Below are positions 51,191 through 64,000 of a stretch of DNA of 64,000 nt, piece by piece. Each line of letters starts with the position of its first letter. Position 1 is the stretch's first letter. The stretch is from Alphaproteobacteria bacterium (lineage in GTDB: Bacteria; Pseudomonadota; Alphaproteobacteria; Bin95): positions 32,001 to 96,000 of the forward strand of contig OZ219787.1 of assembly GCA_964291285.2 (NCBI GenBank). The letters run 5' to 3'. The notes under the pieces were generated by a model, which saw nothing but the letters and a program-made list of their open reading frames with translations, ran no database searches and was not told the origin of the DNA. The translations under genes and the position numbers were made by a program.

Positions 51191-51488
51191 GGCCGATCCC
51201 CGCTGTGATGTCCTGTTGGGTCACGCGCGCGCAACGGAAGCACCTGGGCCTGGAAGCTCTTGGGGCGGAGTGGTGCGGAAAGTCGGCGAGTGGTGCGGAA
51301 GATCGCGTTCGCACCGCCGATGCCAGGCGTGCTCGGCCTCTGACACGCGATCTTCACGGTCGCCGGCTTTCACGGTCCGCCCCTGGAGCTTCTTGCCCAG
51401 GCCGCAGGGAGCGTAGCGACCGGAGGACCCCGAAGGGGTTGCTGGAGAGAGCACGTGTGGCACAATGGGACAGCACAGCGGGGTGGCT
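51191..51488 (+). promoter_or_regulatory. ~300-nt rod-like hairpin, candidate Frpo-like ssDNA promoter
   Basis: Nested inverted repeats; TTGCTG-N16-CACAAT on the 3' arm. Confidence 0.55.
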
Positions 51489-51571
51489 TATTCTCTCCCC
51501 CTGCACGGACCCCATCGTCGTTTCGGCCCGGTACGGCGCCGGGAAGGATTTTCGGCCCTGCCGCCTTTGCG

Positions 51572-51799
51572 TCAGTTCCACAGGGGATGGGAGTCGACCC
51601 GCTGCCGGGCGGTCTCGCGGATGCGGGTGCGGTCGTGGAGATAGACGGGGCCGCGCGGGTCTTCGTCGAGGTGTATGGCGAACACCTTGCGCCCCGGCCG
51701 GGTGCTGTCGTCGAAGGCGTGGACGTCTCCGACATGGTCGCCGTCCCGGTAGATGCGGGATTCGTCGGGGGCGATGCGGCGGAAGGAGATGGTGCTCAT
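51572..51799 (-). CDS. Hypothetical 75-aa protein
   Basis: SD GGAG; globular-looking composition; co-oriented with ssb. Confidence 0.7.
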   Translation of the reverse strand: MSTISFRRIAPDESRIYRDGDHVGDVHAFDDSTRPGRKVFAIHLDEDPRGPVYLHDRTRIRETARQRVDSHPLWN

Positions 51800-51980
51800 C
51801 GGGTTCTCCGGGTAGCGTGACGGGTGCGCGAGCGGACTCCCTCCCTCCTCGCACGGTTCACCCGCTTTCCAGCCTCGCTCCCACTCCCGTATGCGCCGCG
51901 GCGAGACTCGAACCTGCCCGCATGAGAAAAGGGCCGACGCGCGAGGCGCCGACCCTGTGGGGAGGGAAGAACGGGAAGCT

Positions 51981-52406
51981 CTAGAACGGGATCTGATCCT
52001 TATCCATCGGGTCGCCGCCGGCCGCGTCCGGGCCGGGCTGCGCGGCGTTGCCGTTCGCCTTGTCGAGGAACTGGACGCGCCCGCCGGGCACGAGCAGGAT
52101 CTCGGTCGAGAAGCGGTCGCCGTCCTCGCCCGGCTTCGACCAGCGCCGGGTCTGGAGCTTGCCGTCGATGTAGACCAGCCGGCCCTTCGTGGCGTGCTTC
52201 TCGAACATGTCGATCAGCCCGTCCTGGAAGGTCACGACCCGGTGCCACTCGGTCCTGTCGACCTTCTCGCCGGTCTGCTTGTTGATGAACGACTCGTCAG
52301 TCGCGATGCTCAGGTTGGCGACGCGCCCGCCCGATGCGAGGTGGTTGATGGTGACGTCGGCGCCGAGGCGGCCGATGATCTGCACCTTGTTCAATCCGAA
52401 ACTCAT
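51981..52406 (-). CDS. ssb: Single-stranded DNA-binding protein (element-borne)
   Basis: NKVQIIGRLG, TEWHRVV, GKLQTRRW, C-terminal DQIPF. Confidence 0.95.
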   Translation of the reverse strand: MSFGLNKVQIIGRLGADVTINHLASGGRVANLSIATDESFINKQTGEKVDRTEWHRVVTFQDGLIDMFEKHATKGRLVYIDGKLQTRRWSKPGEDGDRFSTEILLVPGGRVQFLDKANGNAAQPGPDAAGGDPMDKDQIPF

Positions 52407-52498
52407 TGCGATACTCCTTCAGGTTCGCGTTGATGACGATGGGTTGCGAACGACCGGGGCCGGGGTCACTCCCCCGAACCCCCGACCGTTCAATCTCT

Positions 52499-52762
52499 TC
52501 AGGCCCTCCTCCACCTCCGGTTCGCCGGAGGGAGCGACGCCGCCGGGTTCCGGGGCTCCGCCGGGTCCTGGAGGGACATCCCGAACGCCGGTTCCGGGAA
52601 GAGGCTCGCGAAGCCGTGTTCCGGACAGGCCGCGCCCCGGTCGGGACAGCGGATGGCGCGCTCGTCCTCGGCGATCTCGCGGACGGTGCGACGGTCGACG
52701 CCGAGTTCGGCGAGCAGGTCGCAGCCAAGCGGAAGGTCGAGGGATGTATCGGGATGAAACAT
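52499..52762 (-). CDS. Hypothetical 87-aa protein (MFHPDTSLDL...)
   Basis: SD GAGGAG; co-oriented in the cassette. Confidence 0.5.
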   Translation of the reverse strand: MFHPDTSLDLPLGCDLLAELGVDRRTVREIAEDERAIRCPDRGAACPEHGFASLFPEPAFGMSLQDPAEPRNPAASLPPANRRWRRA

Positions 52763-52956
52763 GGGCGGGGTCTCCTCTGCCGTTGCCCTGCCCGGCGACC
52801 TGTGCCGGACATCGATCCGGCATCGGCGGGGAGTCCTCTCCTCCGCCCTGCCGGACACTCGCCCGGCAGGCGCTTCACCCCTCTCCACGACACAGGGACG
52901 GCGCGGCGGATCGCGGCCAGGCGAGCGCCGCCATCGCCGCCCGGGACAGCATGTCA

Positions 52957-53088
52957 TACCAACGGTCGTTGATTGGAACCTATAGCAGAGCCTCCCTCCG
53001 CAGCTCGCCCCCTGAGCCGAGGCCTCCTACTGCAAGAGGTAATCTCCGCCGAGAGAGGCTAATCGGTTCTTATCTGTGGCCGGTGGTA
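52957..53088. mobile_element. 132-bp MITE with IS630-like TACCA termini
   Basis: Imperfect 24-bp TIR taccaacggtcgttgattggaacc / ggttcttatctgtggccggtggta; TCA on both flanks. Confidence 0.65.
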
Positions 53089-54075
53089 TCAGGTCCAGGC
53101 GGTGAAGGAGGCGGTGACGGGGGCGTCGGCGACGATCTCGACGCGGTTGCGGTCGAGCTTCCCGAAGGCGAGGCAGAGGGCGACATCGGCCGGATCGTCG
53201 AACGGACCGTGCTCGCGGCCGGTCTCCAGTTCGATCACGGTCCAGACCGGCTCGTGGACCGGGATGCCCTTGAAATGCGCCGAGCCTTGATACGACCTCT
53301 CGGCACAGGGCGCACAGCGCGCCGCCCCCTGTGACGGCGCCCCGCAGGCCGTGCACAGGCCGGCGGCCCGGCGCCGGGCGTACAACTGCCGCGAGCGCGC
53401 GTTCTTGCGCTCCGGGTCGTGGCTGGCTTCCTCGATGGCGGCGCAGGGGCCGCAGCGCGAGAGGCCGTCGAAGGCCGGCTGCCCGCAGCGTGTGCAGCGG
53501 CCCCCGGTCCTGCGTTCGTCATATTGCCGCCGTTCCGCCGCCTGCCTCCTGTCCCGGCAGGGCTGGCAGGTGGTTCCGCCCTCGACGGGGGGCTGCTTGC
53601 CGCAGCGGATACAGAGTCCCGCCTCGATCCGGGCTTTCTGGCGGCGCTTGCTCTTCGCCCGGGCGGCGCGCCTTTTGGCTTCGGCATCGGCCCCGCCATA
53701 CTTGAGGCCGGCGGCTTTCCCGGCGGCGTATTTCGCGCGGTCCGCTGCCCGGCGCTTCTCCAGGCACGGCTCGCACGACGCGCGGCCCTCCACGGCCGGC
53801 GCCTGGCCGCAGCGAATACAGAGGCCTTTGGCGGCCCTTTGTTCCCTCTTGCTGCGGGTGCGCTGGCGCTCGGACTGCCGGACGGTTTCGGGGTCTCTTC
53901 GCGGTGTGCCCGCGGCGCGCGGGCGGGCATCGCGGGCGCGGCTGCGTTTCGCGGCGCACCCGGCGCAGACGCTGCGCCCCGGCGCGGACGGGACCTTGCC
54001 GCAGCGCGGACACAGGCCTTGGGCGATACGCTCGCGGTCGCGGGCCTTGCGGACTTCCGGGTCCCGGCAAGCCAT
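53089..54075 (-). CDS. Arg-rich protein with five CxxC-x9-11-CxxC zinc-finger repeats
   Basis: CPRC..CAGC, CIRC..CEPC, CIRC..CQPC, CTRC..CGPC, CTAC..CAPC; SD GGGAG. Confidence 0.8.
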   Translation of the reverse strand: MACRDPEVRKARDRERIAQGLCPRCGKVPSAPGRSVCAGCAAKRSRARDARPRAAGTPRRDPETVRQSERQRTRSKREQRAAKGLCIRCGQAPAVEGRASCEPCLEKRRAADRAKYAAGKAAGLKYGGADAEAKRRAARAKSKRRQKARIEAGLCIRCGKQPPVEGGTTCQPCRDRRQAAERRQYDERRTGGRCTRCGQPAFDGLSRCGPCAAIEEASHDPERKNARSRQLYARRRAAGLCTACGAPSQGAARCAPCAERSYQGSAHFKGIPVHEPVWTVIELETGREHGPFDDPADVALCLAFGKLDRNRVEIVADAPVTASFTAWT

Positions 54076-54161
54076 GGCCATTCTCCCGGTGGATGATGCG
54101 GGGTCGGGCGGGAGACGCCCGGCCGGCGGCGGGCCGGCCGGACGTCCGGCGAGGCGGGCGG

Positions 54162-54488
54162 TCAGCCGCGCTGGCGGCGGTCGGCGAAGATCCCGAGGCT
54201 GCGCCAGCCCCACAGCTGCACACCGCAATGCCGCAGTCTGACCCCCGTCGCGATGATGATCTCGTCCCGGGCCGGACGCATCTCTTCAAGCGCCTTCGCG
54301 GTGACGATCGTGCCCCGGGCCTTGCGACGGCCCTTGCATGCCGTGCCGCCGGACCGGACGGGAACGATCTCGCCGTCGGCCTTCGAGACGTAGCGTTCGA
54401 CGACATAACGGTCGTCCTCAAGACCGTCGCCGACGAAGTGGATGAGATAGGTGCGCGCGTCGCCGCGCGGTGCGATTGCTGCCTGCAT
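54162..54488 (-). CDS. Hypothetical 108-aa protein (MQAAIAPRGD...)
   Basis: SD AAGGAG; co-oriented. Confidence 0.6.
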   Translation of the reverse strand: MQAAIAPRGDARTYLIHFVGDGLEDDRYVVERYVSKADGEIVPVRSGGTACKGRRKARGTIVTAKALEEMRPARDEIIIATGVRLRHCGVQLWGWRSLGIFADRRQRG

Positions 54489-54817
54489 CGTGCCGTGCTC
54501 CTTCGACAGGTGAATGGGAACGGCGGCAGCGCTGCTCTCCCTCCGGAGCGCCGACCGCCGCCCCACTCACGGCCAGACTTCGCCTCTCGGCGGCGCAAGG
54601 CCGGCAGGCAGGCGGCAGCAGCCAGTGTTGTCGGCCGGGTTCGCGGTCCTGAAGGTATTTCTTGAGCGCTTTGGCGAGAATCCGGCGCCATCAATCCCTG
54701 ACGCTCAACTGCTCCGCAGTTTGCCCGAGGGACCGGAAGAAGCCGGCGATCCGGCGCAGGGCCACCATCACCGTTTCGCGGCACCCGTGATGGGAGTTCA
54801 CCGTCAGCCGGTTCCGG

Positions 54818-56269
54818 GATCGTGTCCCGAGCCGTGGTGTAAGAGCCTGGCGCCCGTGGCGGTGTCCGGCGGGTAGGGCCGGTAGGCTCAGGCTGCCACG
54901 GCGGGCAGCTTGACGGTTGCATTGTCGCTCACGGGAGCGATGGATTCCAGCGTTACGTATCTGGCTCTCTGGACGGCCCATTCGTCGTTCTGCTCGAGCA
55001 GGATGGCACCGATCAGGCGGGTGATGGCGTTCTCGTTGGGGAAGATGCCGACGGTGTTGGTGCGCCGCTTGATCTCGCCATGGAGGCGTTCGAGCGGGTT
55101 TGTGGAGTGCAGCTTGGCGCGATGCGCGGCCGGGAAGGTCATGTAGGCGAGAACATCGTGCTCGGCCTCGTCCATGATGGCGGCGAGCTTCGGCGCCTTG
55201 GGCCTGAGCTGGTCGGCGACCTGGCGCCACTGGGCGGAGGCGCTGTCTGCATCCTCCTGGGCGAAGGCGGTGGTGACGAAGGCGGAGACGACGCGCCGGC
55301 CCTGCTTGCCGGCATGGGCGAGCAGGTTGCGCATGAAATGCACGCGGCATCTCTGCCATGTGGCGCCGAGGATGCGGGTCGCGGCGGCCTTCAGGCCCTT
55401 GTGGTCGTCGGAGATCACCAGCTTGACGCCGCGCAGGCCGCGCCGGGCGAGCGAGCGCAGGAAGTCGGTCCAGAAGGTCTCGGCCTCGGACGCGCCGATC
55501 GCCATGCCGAGCACCTCGCGCCGGCCCTGGTCGTTGACCGCCACCGCGATGGTGACCGCGACCGAGACGATGCGCCCGGCCTCGCGCATCTTCACATAGG
55601 TCGCGTCCAGCCACAGATACGGCCAGTCGCCCTCCAGCGGCCGGTCGAGGAAGTCGCGGATCTTGTCGTCGATCTCGCCGCACAGCCTGGACACCTGGCT
55701 CTTGGAGATGCCCGACATGCCCATCGCCTGCACCAGGTCGTCGACCGAGCGGGTGGATACGCCCTTGATGTAGGCCTCCTGGATCACCGCCGTCAGCGCC
55801 TTCTCCGCCATCCGCCGCGGCTCAAGGAAGCCCGGGAAGTAGCTCCCCTTGCGCAGCTTCGGGATCTTCAGCTCGACCGTGCCGGCGCGCGTCTCCCAGA
55901 CCCGGTCGCGGTAGCCGTTGCGGTGCGTGATCCGGTCCGGCGAACGCTCGCCGTGCCCGGCGCCCGCAAGGCCCTCAACCTCAAGCGCCATCAGACGCGC
56001 GGCCGTGAACCCGATCATCTCGCGAAGCAGATCGGCGTCGGAACTCTTCTCCAACAGCGCCCGCAGGGTCATCATGTCGGTGGTGGTCATCGTGGTACTC
56101 CTCCGGTCGGATGGACTGTGGAAGCCCAACCCTACCGGCACCGCGATGGCCATCCGCTATGGATAAGTGGCCCGCCGCCGCCAGACTCCAGACGGTCGCG
56201 GCGGCGGGCCACTTACCCACAGCTACCGATGGTGGCTCCAGCTCCTACACCACGCCTGGGGGCACGACC
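54818..56269 (-). mobile_element. IS256-family element
   Basis: 26-bp imperfect TIR; 8-bp target duplication GGTTCCGG at 54810-54817 and 56270-56277. Confidence 0.92.
54888..56090 (-). CDS. IS256-family transposase
   Basis: [38 protein letters not shown]. Confidence 0.95.
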   Translation of the reverse strand: MTTTDMMTLRALLEKSSDADLLREMIGFTAARLMALEVEGLAGAGHGERSPDRITHRNGYRDRVWETRAGTVELKIPKLRKGSYFPGFLEPRRMAEKALTAVIQEAYIKGVSTRSVDDLVQAMGMSGISKSQVSRLCGEIDDKIRDFLDRPLEGDWPYLWLDATYVKMREAGRIVSVAVTIAVAVNDQGRREVLGMAIGASEAETFWTDFLRSLARRGLRGVKLVISDDHKGLKAAATRILGATWQRCRVHFMRNLLAHAGKQGRRVVSAFVTTAFAQEDADSASAQWRQVADQLRPKAPKLAAIMDEAEHDVLAYMTFPAAHRAKLHSTNPLERLHGEIKRRTNTVGIFPNENAITRLIGAILLEQNDEWAVQRARYVTLESIAPVSDNATVKLPAVAA

Positions 56270-56414
56270 GGTTCCGGCCCGCATGGTGGGCTTGGCGGGC
56301 GACGCGGTTCAGGAGCAGTGCCCTGCTGGTGATCGCCTCGCCGTGCGCTGGTACACTGGGCTGGTACTTGAGCGCCACTATTGAGATCGTGGACACAGTA
56401 TCTCTGCGATCTCA

Positions 56415-57581
56415 TACCAGCGGGCATAGTTCAGAACCCATTGGCCCATTTTCGGGTTCCGATGGAGGCGATGCGTTCTGGTTGTGAGACGAGATTGTTC
56501 CAGGCCTGGCAGCAGTGATCGAGTATGTCGTCGTAGTTCTGGAAGACGCGGTTCGAGAGCCAATTTTCGCGCATGAACTGCCAGACATTCTCGACGGGAT
56601 TGAGCTCGGGGGACCGGGGCGGGAGCGGCATCAGGGTTATGTTGTCGGGGACTTTGAGGGCCGGGGATGTGTGCCATCCGGCCCGGTCGAGCATGACGAG
56701 GGCATGGGCTCCGGGTTCAACGGTGAGGGCGACCTCGGCGAGGTGGGCGTTGAGTGCCTCCGTGTTGGCGTGGGGCATGACGAGGCCGGCGGCCTTGCCC
56801 TTCTGCGGGCATATGGCGCCGAAGATGTAGGCCGAGATGGTTCTCTGGTCCTTGGGCGCTGACGGTCGGGTGCCGCGTTTAGCCCATCGCCGGGTGATCT
56901 TGTTCTTCTGCCCGACGCGCGCCTCGTCCTGCCACCAGACTTCGACCTCGACGCCGTCGCCGAGTGCAGCGCGGATCTCCTTCAGGCGGTCGGGGAAGTT
57001 TTTTTGAACCCTGCCAGCGCGGCTTCGTCCTGGGCATAGTGGCGCGGGCGCGCAGAGAGCTTGGCGTAGCCCATCCGGCGCAACTCCCGCCCGACCGTCG
57101 TCTCCGCCAACGAGATGCCGAACTGCTCGCTGAGCCATGCCGCCAGGTCGCAGCGCCGCCACCGCACCACGCCGTGGATCGCCGGGTCCGGACCGCTCTC
57201 CACAACCGCCGCCAGCGCCGCGCGCTGCTCCCCGTTCAACTTGCGCGGCGGACCTGAGGCCTTGCGATCCTTCAATCCCTCCGGGCCTTCCGCGTTGAAG
57301 CGAAGAACCCAGTCCCGGATGATCTGCAAGCCCACCCCCGCAAAACGCGCCGCATCCGAACGACGGTAACCGTCGTAAATCACCGCAAGCGCAAGAAGGC
57401 GACGGTTCTGCGAACCATCCCGGCTCCGCTGCGCCAAGCCGCGCAACTGCGCCGCATCAAAATCCTCCCTCAAGGGGATTGCTGCCCTCATAACGACCCT
57501 CCAATCGCAGAATCGCTATTGAGTCAGAACTCGATAACCTTGGGAATCCCCTCAATGAGTCTCAACCCTCAACCGCTGGTA
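56415..57581 (-). mobile_element. IS630-family element with -1 frameshifted transposase (OrfA 56982-57491, OrfB ending 56431)
   Basis: TACCAGCGG termini; slippery A7 run at GFKK; WWQDEAR, LDRAGWH, SPELNPVE. Confidence 0.9.
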
Positions 57582-59835
57582 TCACCCACTAGCTCGCAAA
57601 GTACCGCCGTATCAGCCCCTCTCACAGTGCGGTCAATTGTCGATAGCCCGTATCGCGGTTGCATGGCCTCGGCGGCATGTCGCCGAAGCTCAGCGGCCCC
57701 TTGGATCCGCATGTCGGGCGCTAACGACCGTTCGGTTTCGGTTTGCAGGTCACGGGAGATTTTCTTTAGCAATGCTTCTTTGGCACCAGGCGGACCCGAG
57801 ACCGCCAGCGCGGAACAACCCCACAATCCGTCTCCGAATATATCGGCGCACGACATATGCCTTCCTGCCTTAAACGTCCAACCCAGAAGAAGATTGCTAA
57901 TTTCCTCTGCGTTGTCGGAACAGTCCAATTCACGCGCTGTCCGCGCAGATGCAAACAGGGTATCTGTTAACCCCATTTTCCTAGGAATGATACCGATACC
58001 TCTTCGTCCGGAATCCAACTCAGCGTGGCTATCAGCCAACTTGCATGATTACGTAATTCTCTGCGGGTTTGGTGGTCGCAAACGTGCGCATTCGACGTCA
58101 CCAGAAGAATCCCGGTCATACCTTGTATCCATTGAAGCATATGGCTCGTAAAGTGAGACTCCGCAACTACGGCTGCAAAAAGTAGCTCCTTCGCCGACCG
58201 ATACAAGTCTTTCGCCCACTGCTCGATGTTTCTTGCCACCGTTTGAGCGACTTTGTTTTCAACATCTGAGCCTGATATGAAACTGACTAAACGTGCCAAT
58301 TCAATCCTCAAGGCCTGATAATCACTAGAAGAAAAATAAGGAACGAGCATCATGCCATGATCCATACCATGAATATCCTGGGGGACGTTACTGCGAATCT
58401 TTACGAATTGCTTCGCTATAGAAAATACGTTATCTTGTATCTTGTCCAGTGCGGATTTGATATTGTGTCCTTTGGAACGAAGTAGAACGAGCGTCAGATC
58501 CCTGTACTGTTTCATACCCTCCATAATCACGGGGCGGTAGTTTTCCCTTACGCATCCAGTCAAGGCAACATGCGCGATACTCTGACAGAGCACTGCCACT
58601 GCGGGGTCGGTCTCGTGTCCAGCCGCCACAAAATGACGGGTTGCTTGTCCCGTAAGCCGTTGTCCCTCCATCAGCACGTCGGCCAGGTCATGTCCTGCGG
58701 CCGCTTGTACAGCATTTGCGAGATATCCCGCCGCAAGTTGTGCGTGATGCTTCTCCGCCCCAGGATTGGCGTAGTCGATATCAGCATATAGCTGCACAAG
58801 CATTGTCAGCGCCCGCATCAGTTGTTCTATCTGTCGTTCGTCGCGACGTCCGATTGCAGTGTCAGCATTCTGGCGTAGGCATTCCAGACTGTCGGTAATG
58901 AACGCATCGTGTGACCAAGGATGCTCAATCATGAGCGCGTTGGCGTAGAACGTTGTCCCCTTCGCCTTTATGTAGGCGGCATTGATCCCGACAATAACGT
59001 CGAGTGCATACCTGGATACTTCATAATCCCTTTGCTCTGCATACCGCCGCGCGAAAGACATGGCATGATGCATATTTCTGATAGCATCGGATGTCCAATG
59101 CGAATTTTTTTGAAAAAACTTCGTTCGCACAGCGTCGGGATTCGAGCGCTCGGGTAATTGCAGGTCGGTAACCTGTTCCTCCGTCTGCGGTGGCAATTTA
59201 TACCGATCCGCTTTTCGACCCCAACCGCACAACTCTTTTTGCGTGTCGTGAAGGATTATATGAAGTTGTTCCAAAGGGTTTATCAACTTTAACGCTCGTC
59301 GATATGCATACAGGAATAGGAACAAGATAGCCAACACAGACCAAGTAGAAAAGACCAACGGTAAGACCAGTCTTGTTTGCTCCACTACAGTCGATATAAC
59401 TGCCACGGCGACCGCCAGTGCGAATGCGCTCGCAAATGAACCAAGTAGCTTGCAATCTTCACTGATTCGTCGAAATAAACCGTGGGGCATTCGTTCAACA
59501 TTCACTTGCATCGCAAACAGTACAAGAGAGGCTACTATAGCGGCGGCGCCGATCAACGCGGTGCCGGTATTCAGCAAGAGGCCTTGTACCCGTAGGATTG
59601 TTTCCAAAGGTAACAGTTTGTCTTCAAGAAGGGACTGCAGGTCCGGCAACAGGGTCACGCTCGCCGCAGCGAAAAACGCGATGATAGAAACGACCACGGC
59701 TTTGTTGCCGTATCTGACGAAATATTGTCCTGCCATGTGACGAAAATTGACAATGTAGTGTTGCAGCGTTACCAATCGACGGTACCATTTTTTTCTTGAC
59801 ACCTGCCGCAATCTCCTACGGGCTTTTTTGTTCAT
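57582..59835 (-). pseudogene. Large low-GC membrane protein, frameshifted near 57980 and cut by IS630
   Basis: 622-aa ORF with ~4 N-terminal TM helices continues in another frame; tail EIAEILCPRSQ* lies beyond IS630 (56378-56414). Confidence 0.6.
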
Positions 59836-60143
59836 TTGCGGTCACATAACTGCCGTTGGAGTTCGGACCGAAGATGTACGCGTAAACACAGTTAATTCAA
59901 GAACCGCGGCGCTGAACCGCGTCATCGCGGAACCGGGCCTGGCCGCCCGAAGGGTCCTTGAGCAGGCAGGCAGGGGCCAACCTGCGACGGAGATGGGCGA
60001 AACTCTGGATGCAGAGCCGCCTTTAGGAAGGGAAGGTCTCATGCCCTGTCCACGGGGAGTAGTCCGGGTCGGAAGCCCGAGAGAGTTACAACGATCGCAA
60101 GTTGATCTGCGTAGCGAGAGCGTTGTCGGCGTCCCAAAGGGCC

Positions 60144-63350
<3,207 letters not shown>

Positions 63351-63462
63351 TACGCCGCGGCTCTGCGCGCTCCCGGGACAAATCTTGCGCGCTCGCGGCG
63401 GAGCATCTCGTACGGACTCATGTGGTGCAGGTTCCTGGCCCGGATGAACGCTTTGACGACCG

Positions 63463-64000
63463 TCACGGTCCAAACGGTCTGTATTCGATCAAGGCGGACC
63501 GGCCGAGGATGTCCACGATGGTGATCGACAATTCCGAGCCATGGGCGTCCGTCAGCCGTATCGGTTTGCCGGGCCGAAACGGCACGGGTTGCGGACGCCC
63601 CTCGTCGATGGCGATGTTGTCGGCATACAGATACGTCCGGTCAGAAGTATCGCGTATCGGGTTCAGCCGTCCGTGCAGGCCAGGAAGGTGTCCCGTGCTC
63701 TGAGAGAAAATCGCGGCACCACCGGATTCGAGCGGTTCGAGTTCGAGCTGCAGGCCGCCCCGATTGGGGGTCCAGGCTCGTTCCAATCCGGCGGCATACC
63801 CCGACCCGGCAGCATAGATCGTCATCGGCAAATTCGTCGTGTAAAGGTCCAGGGCCGCATCGCCGGCCTCGTCAGTCGTCGCCCGGACCCAGGTCTTGTT
63901 GGGAAAGAGCGCAAGAACCTCGATACCGGCGAGGGGCTCACCTCCGCAATGCACCGTGACTGTTGCGTCGGCAGGAACAAGCTCCAGCTTGGCCGCGGGA
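63463..64000 (-). CDS. Hypothetical protein, C-terminal part (beta-rich), upstream of hsdR
   Basis: Frame open to the window edge; [14 protein letters not shown]...TTDEAG resembles a beta-sandwich. Confidence 0.7.
   Translation of the reverse strand, partial: PAAKLELVPADATVTVHCGGEPLAGIEVLALFPNKTWVRATTDEAGDAALDLYTTNLPMTIYAAGSGYAAGLERAWTPNRGGLQLELEPLESGGAAIFSQSTGHLPGLHGRLNPIRDTSDRTYLYADNIAIDEGRPQPVPFRPGKPIRLTDAHGSELSITIVDILGRSALIEYRPFGP

Larger units (their letters stand above)
54600..56345 (-). pseudogene. C-terminal transposase remnant (IS1380-like) split by IS256
   Basis: Removing IS256 joins EAITSRALLLNRVARQAHHAG-RNRLTV...TAEQLSVRD*WRRILAKAL; family recalled from motif, not searched. Confidence 0.45.

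Noticed and set aside
59840-60140. ncRNA between hsdR and the membrane gene
   Set aside because: No recognisable motif or convincing stem set.

Overview
GC-rich alphaproteobacterial chromosome segment (LexA GAAC-N7-GAAC box, class A RNase P RNA, alpha-type Zur boxes), heavily invaded by mobile DNA. 1-14.2 kb: REP mosaic, orphan IS630-type HTH gene, a branched-chain-type ABC operon with one binding protein and two full permease/ATPase sets, RidA, FAD oxidase, flavin reductase, ABC-F and rnpB. 15-33 kb: two independent IS1634 copies around a peptide-type ABC transporter and an SDR/hydantoinase/deacetylase cluster. 33.6-47 kb: a zinc island with four Zur boxes, ZnuABC/Azt-like uptake, Zur, three COG0523/CobW-related sequences (intact with insert, P-loop-dead, 24-residue stub), two WD40 proteins and a Tat-exported cyclase. 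47-64 kb: an integrative element with tandem tyrosine recombinases and a leading-region-like block (DUF2493/SLOG, SSB, small orphans, a five-zinc-finger protein, strand-biased ssDNA hairpins), an IS pile-up, a broken low-GC membrane gene and type I RM hsdR. Best novelty candidates: the Zur/CobW/WD40/cyclase module; a dispersed ~420-nt element with a conserved micropeptide and 10-bp-phased GTCATG repeats; and the zinc-finger/ssDNA-promoter cassette. All family calls come from motif recognition by eye; no searches were run.
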